Assembly: GCA_937864225.1 (NCBI GenBank)
Contig: CALMJK010000004.1
Location: 137,949 to 201,948 of the forward strand
Origin: an uncultured bacterium
GTDB lineage: Bacteria > Krumholzibacteriota > Krumholzibacteriia > LZORAL124-64-63
Length of the DNA: 64,000 nt
Direction: 5' to 3'
Position numbers and translations under genes: made by a program. The notes beneath the pieces were generated by a model. That model searched no databases and was not told where the DNA came from. It saw nothing but the letters and a program-made list of their open reading frames with translations. This document shows positions 17,552 to 26,446 of this stretch, piece by piece; position 1 is the first letter of the stretch; each line of letters begins with the position of its first letter.

Positions 17552-18529
17552 CTACATCGTCAGGGCCATCAGGCCCTTCGCGGTGTGCAGACGGTTCTCG
17601 GCCTGGTCCCAGACCGCGGACTGCGGGCCGTCGATGACCGCGTCGGCGACCTCGAGGCCGCGACTGGCCGGCAGCGGGTGCATGTAGATCGCCTCCGGTC
17701 GCGCGAGCCTCATGCGGCGCTCGTCGCAGATCCAGCCGGGATACTTTTCGATCGTCTTGACGGCCGCTTCGCGCCGCGGCTCGTGCACCAGGCAGCCCCA
17801 CGACTTGGGGTACACGACGCTCGCGCCCGTGAAGGCCGCGTCCATGTCGTCGACGACCTCGAACCTCGTGCCCATACGGGCGGCGTTGGCCGCCGCCTGC
17901 GCCAGGATCTCCGGCTCGAGCCTGAATTCGGGCGGGTGGGCGAGCACGACGTCCAGTCCGGCGCGCGTCATGATCAGGATCTCCGATTGCGGCACGGAGA
18001 GCGGACGGACGTAATTCGGGGCGTACGTCCACGTCACGGCGATCCTCCGCCCGCGCAGGTCGGCGCCGAATTTCTCGCGGACCGTCATGAGATCGGCCAC
18101 GGCCTGGCAGGGATGGTAGCGGTCGCATTGCATGTTGATGACCGGCACTCGGCTGATGGCCGCCACGTCGCGGATGAAGGTGTTGCCCTTGCCCCAGTCG
18201 CAGTTGCGGATGGCGATGCCGTGGCCATACCGCGACAGCACCAGCGCCGTGTCCTTGGCGGTTTCGCCGTGACTGACCTGCAGCTTCTCCGGCGTGAGAT
18301 CGTGAGCGTGCCCGCCGAGTTGGGTCATCCCGGCCTCGAACGAGTTGCGCGTTCGCGTGCTCTGTTCGAAGAACAGCATGAACAGCGTGCGGTCGCGCAA
18401 CAGGGCGTGCGGCTCGTCGCGGTGGAATTTGCGCTTGAGGTCGGCGGAGGTCTCGATCAGCAGCTCGATCTCCCGGTCGCTCCACTCCTGCGTATCGATG
18501 AAATGCCGCCCGCGCATCGGCTTGCTCAT
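17552..18529 (-). CDS. ygeW: YgeW-like carbamoyltransferase (OTCase superfamily)
   Basis: STRTR, HPCQ and MHPLP motifs, plus the YgeW-type segment TWTYAPNYVRPLSVPQS...LAHP. GAGGAGG RBS. Confidence 0.8.
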   Translation of the reverse strand: MSKPMRGRHFIDTQEWSDREIELLIETSADLKRKFHRDEPHALLRDRTLFMLFFEQSTRTRNSFEAGMTQLGGHAHDLTPEKLQVSHGETAKDTALVLSRYGHGIAIRNCDWGKGNTFIRDVAAISRVPVINMQCDRYHPCQAVADLMTVREKFGADLRGRRIAVTWTYAPNYVRPLSVPQSEILIMTRAGLDVVLAHPPEFRLEPEILAQAAANAARMGTRFEVVDDMDAAFTGASVVYPKSWGCLVHEPRREAAVKTIEKYPGWICDERRMRLARPEAIYMHPLPASRGLEVADAVIDGPQSAVWDQAENRLHTAKGLMALTM

Positions 18530-18579
18530 GTTCGTCTGGTCCTCCTCGTTCGGGCCGGCGCCGCGCCGCCGGCGCTCTC

Positions 18580-19797
18580 TCAGGGGCGAGGGGCCGCGGC
18601 GACGAAGGCGTCCGGGAACGCGGCGTAGAACGCGCAGGCCGCCACGAGGTCGTCGACGGGCACGTGCTCGTCGGGCGCGTGCGCCTGCGCCTCCTGGCCA
18701 GGGCCGAAGCCCACGCAGGGAACGCCGTGCAGCCCGTTGATCGCCACGCCGTTGGTGCTGAAGGTCCAGCGCCCCACTTGGGGAGTTCGGCCGTGCACCG
18801 CGGCGTGCGCGGCGACGCCGGCCCTGACCGCGGGGTGATCCTCGGCCAGCACCCAGGTCGGGTAGTACTTCTCCATCGGATAGACGAGGCCCGTGTAGGA
18901 AGGGGTCTCGTAGGCGAGCGTGCGCACGTCGGCCTCGACCCCGGCGGTCTCGAGCGCCTCGCGCACCTCGCGCAGGGCGGTTTGCCGGTCCTCGCCCGCG
19001 GTCAGGCGGCGGTCGATGTGCAGCTCGCAGCGGTCGGGAATCGCGCAGAGGGAAGGGGATTCGGAGCCGATCCAGGTCACCGCGCAGCTCCCCCGGCCGA
19101 GGAACGGGTCGTCGGCGAGGCGCTCGTGGAGCGCCGCGATGGCGGGAACCGCGGGTGCGAGGCGGTAGATGGCATTCACGCCGCGCTCGGGCGCCGAACC
19201 GTGGCAGGATCTGCCGCGCGTCGCGACGCGGATCTCCATCCGGCCCCGCTGGCCGCGCGTGAGCGCGAGTCCCGTGGGCTCGGTGGACACCACGACTTCC
19301 GGCCGCAGTACACCCTCCTGCAGGATGTAGTGCCAGCAGAGGCCGTCGCAGTCCTCTTCCATGATCGAACCGACCAGCCAGACCTGGCAGTCCGGAGCGA
19401 GGTCCATCTCCTTGATGAGGCGCGCGGCGCCCAGCATGGCCGCCATGCCGCCCTTCTGGTCGGCCGCGCCGCGCCCGTAGACCCGTCCGCCGTCGATTTC
19501 GCCGCCGAACGGATCGCGAGTCCATTGCCGGGGGTCGCCGGGGCCGACCGTGTCGAGATGGGCGTCGAAGGCGATGACACGCGGCCCGTCGCCGATCCGC
19601 CCCAGCACGTTGCCCAGGCCGTCGATCTTCACCTCGGCGAAGCCGAGCGCCCGCATCTGCTGCGCGACGCGGCTGACGATCGCCGATTCCTTGCCGGTGG
19701 GGCTGGGGATGGCCACCAGTTCGCTCAGCAGCTGGGCCAGCGGATCGCGCAGCCGTCTCGCGGCGGCCAGGATGGCGGCGCCGCCGTCGCGGCTCAC
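18580..19797 (-). CDS. ygeY: YgeY family M20 amidohydrolase
   Basis: FDAHLDTV, GRGAADQKGG, YgeY signature EEDCDGLCW, TEPT and FGPG.E..AH. GTG start overlaps the ssnA stop. Confidence 0.9.
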   Translation of the reverse strand: MSRDGGAAILAAARRLRDPLAQLLSELVAIPSPTGKESAIVSRVAQQMRALGFAEVKIDGLGNVLGRIGDGPRVIAFDAHLDTVGPGDPRQWTRDPFGGEIDGGRVYGRGAADQKGGMAAMLGAARLIKEMDLAPDCQVWLVGSIMEEDCDGLCWHYILQEGVLRPEVVVSTEPTGLALTRGQRGRMEIRVATRGRSCHGSAPERGVNAIYRLAPAVPAIAALHERLADDPFLGRGSCAVTWIGSESPSLCAIPDRCELHIDRRLTAGEDRQTALREVREALETAGVEADVRTLAYETPSYTGLVYPMEKYYPTWVLAEDHPAVRAGVAAHAAVHGRTPQVGRWTFSTNGVAINGLHGVPCVGFGPGQEAQAHAPDEHVPVDDLVAACAFYAAFPDAFVAAAPRP

Positions 19798-21173
19798 GTC
19801 TTCGCTCCCCGCCGCAGGCCGCGCATCGCGTCCCAGACGCGCCGGGCCGCCGCCTGGCAGCGGGCCGCCTCGACGGGGGCCGGATCGCCCGCGCGGTGGA
19901 TCCGGCGCCCGCCGACCCACACCTCGGCCACGTGCTGGGCCTGGATCCCGAAGAGGATCATGCTCAGCCAGTTGTCCGTCGCCAGCGGCGAGCGCATGAA
20001 CGGGTGGCAGACGAGGAAATCGGCGGGTGCGCCGGCGTCGAGCGTGCCGAACGGTTCGCGGAAGCACTCGCGCGCCAGGCGGAAGCCGCCCAGCCAGAAG
20101 CGCTGTGCACCGCGGAAGCCGAGCGGGCCGCGCCCCGGCTCGTTGCCCCGGAAGAACGTCGCGCGCATCTCGGCCCACATGTTGTCGTCCACGCCGTCCG
20201 TGCCGAAGCAGGCGCGGTCGGGGAAACGGTCGACCGGCGCCCGTCCGACGCCGTTGTTCATGTTGGAGCGGCCGTTGTGCACCAGCCACGCGCCGCGCTC
20301 CTCGATGGCCTGCAGGTCGAGCGGCGTCAGGTCCACGCCGTGGGCGAACAGGCTGCCGGGGCGTACGAGTCCATGCGCCACCAGGCGCTCGACCGGATCC
20401 TTCCAGCCGCGCTCCTGGCACACCTCGCGGTCGGTGGTGCCTTCGCACAAGTGCATGTGCACGCCGGCCTGGTGCTTTTCGCACAGCTGCGCCAGGTCGT
20501 CCAGCGTGTCGTCTTCGAGCGTGAATCCCGCGTGGGCTCCGACCAAACCGCAAAACCGTGGCACGTCGCCGGTTCTGCGCTGCGCGACTTGGCGCAGCCA
20601 GCGATCGTTCTCCTCGAGCGTGGTGTCGCGGCTGCCTGGCCCGCCGCGGTCGGTGACCTCGTAGCAGAGACAGCCGCGCAACCCCACCAGGGACAGGCCC
20701 TCGGCGATCCGGTCGAGCGAGCCGCCGACGGAGGTGAGGCTGGAGTGATGATCGAACAGGAGTGTCGTGCCGACGCGCGCCGCCTCCCACGCGCCCGCCG
20801 CCGCGCTCAGGAAGACCGCTTCCGCGTCGAGAGCGCGATCCAGTGGCCACCAGATCTCCGTGAGGATCTCGGTGAAGCTGCGCGGCACATTGCGCGGGGC
20901 GGGCATGCCCGGCGCGAGCGACGAGTAGAGGTGCGTGTGCCCGTTCACATTGCCGGGCATGACAACGGCGCCGTCGAGGTCGCGGACATCTTCGCCCGCC
21001 TCGGGCGTCAGGCCGCTCCCGCGCGCCACGATCCGATCGCCGCGCACCCGCAAGTCCACGCTTTCAACGCGGGGGGACGGGTCCGCGGACAATTCGGGGG
21101 GGAAATAATCCAGGACGCGTCCGTTGCGCAGCAAGAAGCCCGGCCCGTCGCCGGAGGGAGTCTTCGCGGCCAA
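19794..21173 (-). CDS. ssnA: SsnA-like metal-dependent amidohydrolase
   Basis: GHTHLYS, GLRGCLCYEVTDR, GAHAGFTL.D, HMHLCEG, HNGRSNMNNGVG and FGTDG. GAGGAGG lies 7 nt before TTG at 21173. Confidence 0.85.
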   Translation of the reverse strand: MAAKTPSGDGPGFLLRNGRVLDYFPPELSADPSPRVESVDLRVRGDRIVARGSGLTPEAGEDVRDLDGAVVMPGNVNGHTHLYSSLAPGMPAPRNVPRSFTEILTEIWWPLDRALDAEAVFLSAAAGAWEAARVGTTLLFDHHSSLTSVGGSLDRIAEGLSLVGLRGCLCYEVTDRGGPGSRDTTLEENDRWLRQVAQRRTGDVPRFCGLVGAHAGFTLEDDTLDDLAQLCEKHQAGVHMHLCEGTTDREVCQERGWKDPVERLVAHGLVRPGSLFAHGVDLTPLDLQAIEERGAWLVHNGRSNMNNGVGRAPVDRFPDRACFGTDGVDDNMWAEMRATFFRGNEPGRGPLGFRGAQRFWLGGFRLARECFREPFGTLDAGAPADFLVCHPFMRSPLATDNWLSMILFGIQAQHVAEVWVGGRRIHRAGDPAPVEAARCQAAARRVWDAMRGLRRGAKT

Positions 21174-21268
21174 GGATCGGCCTCCTCGGAAGCGGGAAAC
21201 GGCGGTGAACGCTGCGGCCAAGCCCGTCTACAATCAACCCGCGGGAGCCAAAGTTCAAGCCCGGAACT

Positions 21269-21302
21269 GCGCAGGGCCGGCCCCGAAGGACCGGCCCTGC
21301 GC
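21269..21302. terminator. 12-bp perfect hairpin between the Gld-like operon and ssnA
   Basis: GCGCAGGGCCGG-N10-CCGGCCCTGCGC; no U-tract. Confidence 0.5.
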
Positions 21303-21337
21303 TTGCTACCGGACGCGGGCGACCGGCGACCGCGGCC

Positions 21338-22390
21338 TCACGGGGTTCGCAGCTCCTCCGGCTTGACGAAGATGGCGTTGACGACCGATTCGCGAACCAC
21401 CCAGACGGAGTTGTCCAGGGAAGTGCGCATGTAGATGCCGGCCGGCTGATCCCCCGCCTCGGCCCGCGCGGCGCCGAAGAACAGCGTGACGCTCGTGCCG
21501 TCGCGCAGGCCGAGATCGATCTTGCGTCGCGCCTTCCAAAGGCCATAGGCCAGCGGATCCCCGTCGGGGTCGGCCACGTCGATCGCGCGGACCGTGGAGG
21601 CAGAGTTGAGGATGGCGTCGACCTTTGTCTTCAGGGCCGCCGCCTCGCGCGGACGCTTCAGGCGCCACTCGTAGATGCTCCGGTCCTGGGCCGGGGGCGG
21701 GGTGGCTTGGCCCGTGTCGGCAACGGCGGGTGCGGGCGGCGGCGGCGGGAACACTTTCACCAACTCCGTGATCTTGCCGCCGTCGTCGATGACGAGCGAC
21801 TCGATGTCGTTGCGCTCGCCCTTGTACGCCTGCAGGTCCACGAAGTGGCTCGACTTCGGGCGGGCCGGGCCGTTCCAGAGGCCCAGGGGCGAGAGCAGGC
21901 TGACGCTGCTCAGGTACACGGCGCTGCTGTCGCGCCGGCGCACGAATTCGCCGACCGAACCGAGCGGCTTGCGCCCAACCAGCAACCGGAGCTGCGGCTG
22001 GAAATCCTGGCCGAAGACCGTGATCGCGACCGCCCCGTCGCCGGCCAGGCCGTAGTCGGCCAGCACCTCGGCCTTGTCGGAGCGGAATTCACCCCTCAGG
22101 TCGCCCAGGTTTCGCAAAAGGTCGTCGATCCGCTGCTGGCTGGCGGGATAGCTGTACGACGTGCGCACGACCCAATGGTCAGGCAGGCGTTCGATCACGA
22201 CCGCAGTGCTGTCGGGGCCCCAGCCCAGAGTGATCCGGGTGATCGCGGTCAGATCCAGCGTCTGGTCCGAGAGGAGCGCTTGAACCGGCCGGCTGACGGC
22301 GCGGCGGTGCGTGACACGTTGCGCGACGCTCAGCGCCACGAGAACCACCAGGGCGGCCAGCAACCACCACAGGACGCGTTGTTTCAACAT
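21338..22390 (-). CDS. DUF4340 domain protein (membrane-anchored)
   Basis: N-terminal TM and two DUF4340-like repeats (SYPASQQRIDDLL..L; LADYGL / PLAYGL). Follows a GldG-like gene. Confidence 0.75.
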   Translation of the reverse strand: MLKQRVLWWLLAALVVLVALSVAQRVTHRRAVSRPVQALLSDQTLDLTAITRITLGWGPDSTAVVIERLPDHWVVRTSYSYPASQQRIDDLLRNLGDLRGEFRSDKAEVLADYGLAGDGAVAITVFGQDFQPQLRLLVGRKPLGSVGEFVRRRDSSAVYLSSVSLLSPLGLWNGPARPKSSHFVDLQAYKGERNDIESLVIDDGGKITELVKVFPPPPPAPAVADTGQATPPPAQDRSIYEWRLKRPREAAALKTKVDAILNSASTVRAIDVADPDGDPLAYGLWKARRKIDLGLRDGTSVTLFFGAARAEAGDQPAGIYMRTSLDNSVWVVRESVVNAIFVKPEELRTP

Positions 22391-22404
22391 TGTGCATCGC
22401 CTCC

Positions 22405-24150
22405 TCAGACCTGCGTCTCGCCGCGAATGGCGAGCGAATCGCGGTAGGCCTGGGCTTCTCGCCGTCGCATCGCGGCGCGGGAAATGCCATAGACGGCCAG
22501 CAGCACCGGCACCAGCGCGACCGCCAGCAATCGGAACAGGAGCTTCTCGCCGGCGCTCACCGCCCGGATCGTGCGGTCGGTGCTGGCCTTCGAGCGGATC
22601 GAGATCAGTTCCGCGCCGTGCGCGAGCGCGTCCACGGCGTTGAGCAGCAGCGACGCGTTGTCCGCGGCCGAGATGACGCTGTCGTCGAACATCTTGGCGT
22701 CGCCGATCAGCACCAGCTGTGCCGGTTTGGGATCCAACGCCGGAGCGCTGTCGCCGGCGAGACGCCCGGCGGCGCTGGTGTCCGGCCACGCGGGCAGCGG
22801 ACGTCCCTGGAAGGCGTCCGGGAACACGCCGGCGACGTGCACGGCGAGCGGCTGCTGGCCCAGGAAAGCGCGCTCGGAGGCGTCGAAGTAGCTCCCCGGC
22901 ACGACGCCGTCGTTGAATTTTTCGCGCCAGCTGCGGTCGCTGGAGCTGAAGAGCGGCGTGGCCTCGAGCTTGAGACGCTTCAGCTCGGAAGCGCTCATGT
23001 TGATCGGTGTGCCCCACAAGAAGAGCAGGCTGCCGATGCGATTGGTGAGCGACGAGGCCTCGTTCATCTGCGGCTGCGTGACGAGTATCTGCATCGGAGC
23101 CCGCACCGGTTCGCTGGTCTGGAAGCGCAGGCCTCCCACGTTTTGGGTGCGCGGGATGCTGAGCACCTGGGTGCTGGCGTCGAAGAAATGGTCGGTCATG
23201 ACCTCGAGGCCGAAGGACCTGAGCATCTCTTCCAGGCCGGACTGGCGGCCGGTGGCGCTGATCGTGAAGCCCCCGCGCGCTCCCGGCGCGTAGTCGTACT
23301 CGTGGGCCTGGACGGCGAAGACGGCGTTCATGCCGTTGCTCAACGCCCTGTTGATCTCGAAGACCTGTCGCTCGTTGAGGTCGGACGGGTTGACGACCAG
23401 CAGGACCGTCGCGTCGTCCGGTATCTTCGAGTCCCTGGTAAGCTCGATCGGTTCGACCTCGTAGTGTTCCTCGGCGAGCAGCTGGCGGATGCCCTGGTGG
23501 ACATCGCGCGGCTCCGGCGGCTGCACGCCCGCCTGCAGGTACATCATCATGGTCTGCTGGTCGATCGCCTGGCGGGGGGCGTACACGGCGACCTTGGCCT
23601 TGGTCTCCGAGGTCAGGCGGTACACGCGCGAGACGAGCTCGTACTCCAGCGTCGCCAGCGACTGCGGAAAGACCTGTGGGATGACCTCCTCCGGTTTGTC
23701 CATGTAGGCGATGGTCATCGCGCTCCAGATGATCTTGACGCCAATCTCGTCGCGCTCCACCGACTGCACCTGGAAGGGACGGATCCCCTTCTGGGCGAGC
23801 TGTTTTTGCAGCTCCTCGTCATCCTGTGGATTGATGACCTGGAACTGCAGCATGCCGTTGCTCGCGCCCTGATAGTCGCGCAGCTTGTCGGTGACGTCGC
23901 GCTCGAGGGTCTTGAGCTCCGTGGGCATCTTGTCCGGGAGCGTGACGTAGTACTTCACTTGCACGGGGACCTTCAGGTCGCCGAGGATCTTCACGGACGC
24001 GGGCGACATCGTGTAGAGCCCGTCCTCCGTCAGGTCGAGACGGGCTCCCGGCATGCCGCCCAGGACGATGACGAGGAAGACCGCGATCGCCAGCAGCAAA
24101 ACCGCGGCTACTCCGAAGGTCACGCGGAAATTCGTGCGCTTGCGAGTCAT
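22405..24150 (-). CDS. GldG-like ABC-transporter auxiliary/substrate-binding protein
   Basis: RLDLTEDGLYTMSPAS, LEYEL, LLVVNP and N...LLNAVDAL motifs; N- and C-terminal TMs. Confidence 0.85.
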   Translation of the reverse strand: MTRKRTNFRVTFGVAAVLLLAIAVFLVIVLGGMPGARLDLTEDGLYTMSPASVKILGDLKVPVQVKYYVTLPDKMPTELKTLERDVTDKLRDYQGASNGMLQFQVINPQDDEELQKQLAQKGIRPFQVQSVERDEIGVKIIWSAMTIAYMDKPEEVIPQVFPQSLATLEYELVSRVYRLTSETKAKVAVYAPRQAIDQQTMMMYLQAGVQPPEPRDVHQGIRQLLAEEHYEVEPIELTRDSKIPDDATVLLVVNPSDLNERQVFEINRALSNGMNAVFAVQAHEYDYAPGARGGFTISATGRQSGLEEMLRSFGLEVMTDHFFDASTQVLSIPRTQNVGGLRFQTSEPVRAPMQILVTQPQMNEASSLTNRIGSLLFLWGTPINMSASELKRLKLEATPLFSSSDRSWREKFNDGVVPGSYFDASERAFLGQQPLAVHVAGVFPDAFQGRPLPAWPDTSAAGRLAGDSAPALDPKPAQLVLIGDAKMFDDSVISAADNASLLLNAVDALAHGAELISIRSKASTDRTIRAVSAGEKLLFRLLAVALVPVLLAVYGISRAAMRRREAQAYRDSLAIRGETQV

Positions 24151-24151
24151 C

Positions 24152-24877
24152 TTAGTACTTCCTCCCTTCCAGCCAGATCGTGTTCAAGGCCAGGAACGCG
24201 ACCGTCAGAGCGAGAAAGTAGGTCACGTCGCCCAGGCTTATCACGCCGCGGATCATCGACTGGTAGTGGGGCAGCAGGCCGATCGCGTTTTGCAGAAAGG
24301 ATCCGAATCCGGAGAACCAGCCGTCGATGGTGGCGGCCACCGCCGGGATTCCCAGCAGGAAGAACAGGAAGCAGGCGACCATGCCGAGAATGAAGGCGGA
24401 GATCTGGTCCCGCAGCAGGCCCGAGCAGAAAATGCCCACGCTCATGTAGAGCGCCCCGAGAAGGGCGGCGCCGATGTAGCCGCTGGCGATCATGCCGCCG
24501 TCCGGATCGCCCAGCAGGCCCACCATGAGCGGAACCGTGAGCGTGCCCGCCAGCGCCACCAGGTAGAAGGCGGCGGCTGCGAAATACTTGCCGAGCATGA
24601 CCTCCGACGCGCGCATCGGGAGGGTCATCAGCAGCTCGAACGTGCCGCTGCGTTTGTCCTCCGCCCACAACCGCATCGTGAGCGCCGGGATGAAGAAGAT
24701 GAGGAACAGCGGCAGGTTGCCGAAGAAATCGCGCATGTCGGCCTGGCCCTGGAGGAAAAAGGGCGTCATGAACAGGCCGCAATTGAGGACCAGAAAAACG
24801 ATGATGAAGATATAGGCGATCGGGCTGTTGAAGTACGCCGCGAACTCGCGCCGGAAGATCGTGCCGATGTTACGCAT
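24152..24877 (-). CDS. GldF-like ABC-2 permease
   Basis: FRREFAAYFNSPIAY, PALTMRLWAEDKRSGTFELLMTLP and GKYFAA. Confidence 0.88.
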   Translation of the reverse strand: MRNIGTIFRREFAAYFNSPIAYIFIIVFLVLNCGLFMTPFFLQGQADMRDFFGNLPLFLIFFIPALTMRLWAEDKRSGTFELLMTLPMRASEVMLGKYFAAAAFYLVALAGTLTVPLMVGLLGDPDGGMIASGYIGAALLGALYMSVGIFCSGLLRDQISAFILGMVACFLFFLLGIPAVAATIDGWFSGFGSFLQNAIGLLPHYQSMIRGVISLGDVTYFLALTVAFLALNTIWLEGRKY

Positions 24878-25709
24878 GGAGCCCGACCCCCTTCCCGCGC
24901 CCGCCCTGCTTGGTCAGCGCGATGAAAGTGTCTTCGAGGGCGAGACGCGCCTTCTGCATGGCCACCGCCTCGGCCGCGTGCCCGCGCGCCAGCGCCGCGG
25001 CGGCCGCCTCCAGATCCCGCTCGAACTGCGAATCCGCGCCGAAGGCCTGGCGCGTGAGCTCGGCGATTTTGCCGTCCGCCACGATGCGCCCCTCGTTGAT
25101 GATGATCACGCGGTCGGTGACCGGCGGCACCTCCTGCAGGATGTGCGTCGAGAAGATGATGCTCTTCTGGCTCGCCAGGCTGCGGATGAGGTCGCGGATG
25201 CCGAGGATCTGCAGCGGGTCGAGGCCGCTGGTGGGCTCGTCGAGGATCAGGATGTCGGGGTCGTGGATGAGCGCCTGCGCGAGCCCCGTCCGCTGGCGGA
25301 AGCCCTTGGACAGCTCGTTGATGGGGCGTTTCAGTTCGGTGACCAGTCCGCACGCCTGCACGCACCAGTCGAACCGGGTCTTCAGGCGGGCTCCCTCGAG
25401 CCCGCGGGCCCGGCCCACGAACTCCAGGTACTCCTGGACGTTCATGTCCACGTACAGCGGCACGCTCTCCGGCAGGTAGCCGATGCGGCCGCGCACCGCC
25501 AGCGGTTGCTCCAGGACGTCGACCCCATCCACGGTCACGGTGCCTTCGTCGGGCGCCAGGAACGTGGTGATGATCTTCATCGCCGTGCTCTTGCCCGCGC
25601 CGTTGGGACCCAGGAAGCCGAGGATCTCGCCCTGGTCCAGGCGGAACGACACGGAGTTGAGCGCGACGGTCGTCCCGAAACGTTTCGTGACGTCGCGTAC
25701 CTCGATCAT
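24870..25709 (-). CDS. GldA-like ABC ATP-binding protein
   Basis: GPNGAGKST Walker A, LSKGFRQR signature, LILDEPT Walker B and STH. Confidence 0.92.
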   Translation of the reverse strand: MIEVRDVTKRFGTTVALNSVSFRLDQGEILGFLGPNGAGKSTAMKIITTFLAPDEGTVTVDGVDVLEQPLAVRGRIGYLPESVPLYVDMNVQEYLEFVGRARGLEGARLKTRFDWCVQACGLVTELKRPINELSKGFRQRTGLAQALIHDPDILILDEPTSGLDPLQILGIRDLIRSLASQKSIIFSTHILQEVPPVTDRVIIINEGRIVADGKIAELTRQAFGADSQFERDLEAAAAALARGHAAEAVAMQKARLALEDTFIALTKQGGRGKGVGLHA

Positions 25710-26029
25710 CGCGTGACTCCTCAGGGAACGGTTAACAGGTTAAGGGGACACCCTTGGGGCAAGGCGAGCGCCAGGTTGCCTCCCGCCGCCCCGCGGGCGG
25801 AACGCGCAATATACATGAATGAGGGCGCTCGGTTCCAGTTTGCGGTCGTCGCGATCCCGAAGCGAACGCCATTAAATGCTGTTTTTTGATTTTTCATGCC
25901 CGCCGCAGGGAGGAACTGGCCGACATTTTTGCGGGCCCTAGGGAAAAGTCCAGGCCGGGCGTTATGATACCGTGCGGCCCCCGGGGTCCGCGCCGAGTCG
26001 CCGACCGCCGACGGCCGTGGGAGAGCATC

Positions 26030-26446
26030 GTGACGGATGGACGACGCGGACCGCCGCCCCCGCCGCGCCTCTGGGAATACGTGCTGCCCGGGGGCTGGAT
26101 CGTGCTCGCGGGGCGCACGGACGCCGACAACGAGCGCCTGAGCCTGCACCTGGCGCGGCCCGACGACTGGTGGTTCCACCATCGGGGCGCGCCGGGCAGC
26201 CACGTCGTCCTGCGAGCCCGCGACGATGTCGAGCCCGACCGGCAGACGCTGCGCGCCGCGGCGGCCATCGCGGCCTGGCACAGCAAGGGAGGGCGTGGCG
26301 GCGTGCAGGCGGTGTCGTGCACGCGCGCGAGATTCGTGAGCAAGCCGCGGGGCGCGCCGCTGGGCACCGTGGAGATCAGGCGCGAGACCGTGCTGAAGGT
26401 GCGACCGGCGCTGCCGCCGGGCGCCGAAGCGCCGGAGGACGAGTGA
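26030..26446 (+). CDS. Stand-alone NFACT-R (DUF814) RNA-binding domain protein
   Basis: GRTDADNE.L, DDWWFH..GAPGSHVVL, AA.IAAWHSK, V..T..RFV.KP.GAP.G.V. GTG at 26030 follows GGAG. Confidence 0.82.
   Translation: MTDGRRGPPPPPRLWEYVLPGGWIVLAGRTDADNERLSLHLARPDDWWFHHRGAPGSHVVLRARDDVEPDRQTLRAAAAIAAWHSKGGRGGVQAVSCTRARFVSKPRGAPLGTVEIRRETVLKVRPALPPGAEAPEDE

Noticed and set aside
17552-18529. Annotation as arginine-biosynthetic argF/argF'
   Set aside because: The TWTYAPNY.RPLSVPQS segment and the ygeY/ssnA context indicate the YgeW subfamily, and no arg genes are nearby.
17552-21173. Selenocysteine recoding in the 'selenium-linked' ssnA/ygeY/ygeW genes
   Set aside because: All three ORFs are full length with no in-frame TGA. 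These families are linked to Se-dependent Mo hydroxylases rather than being selenoproteins.
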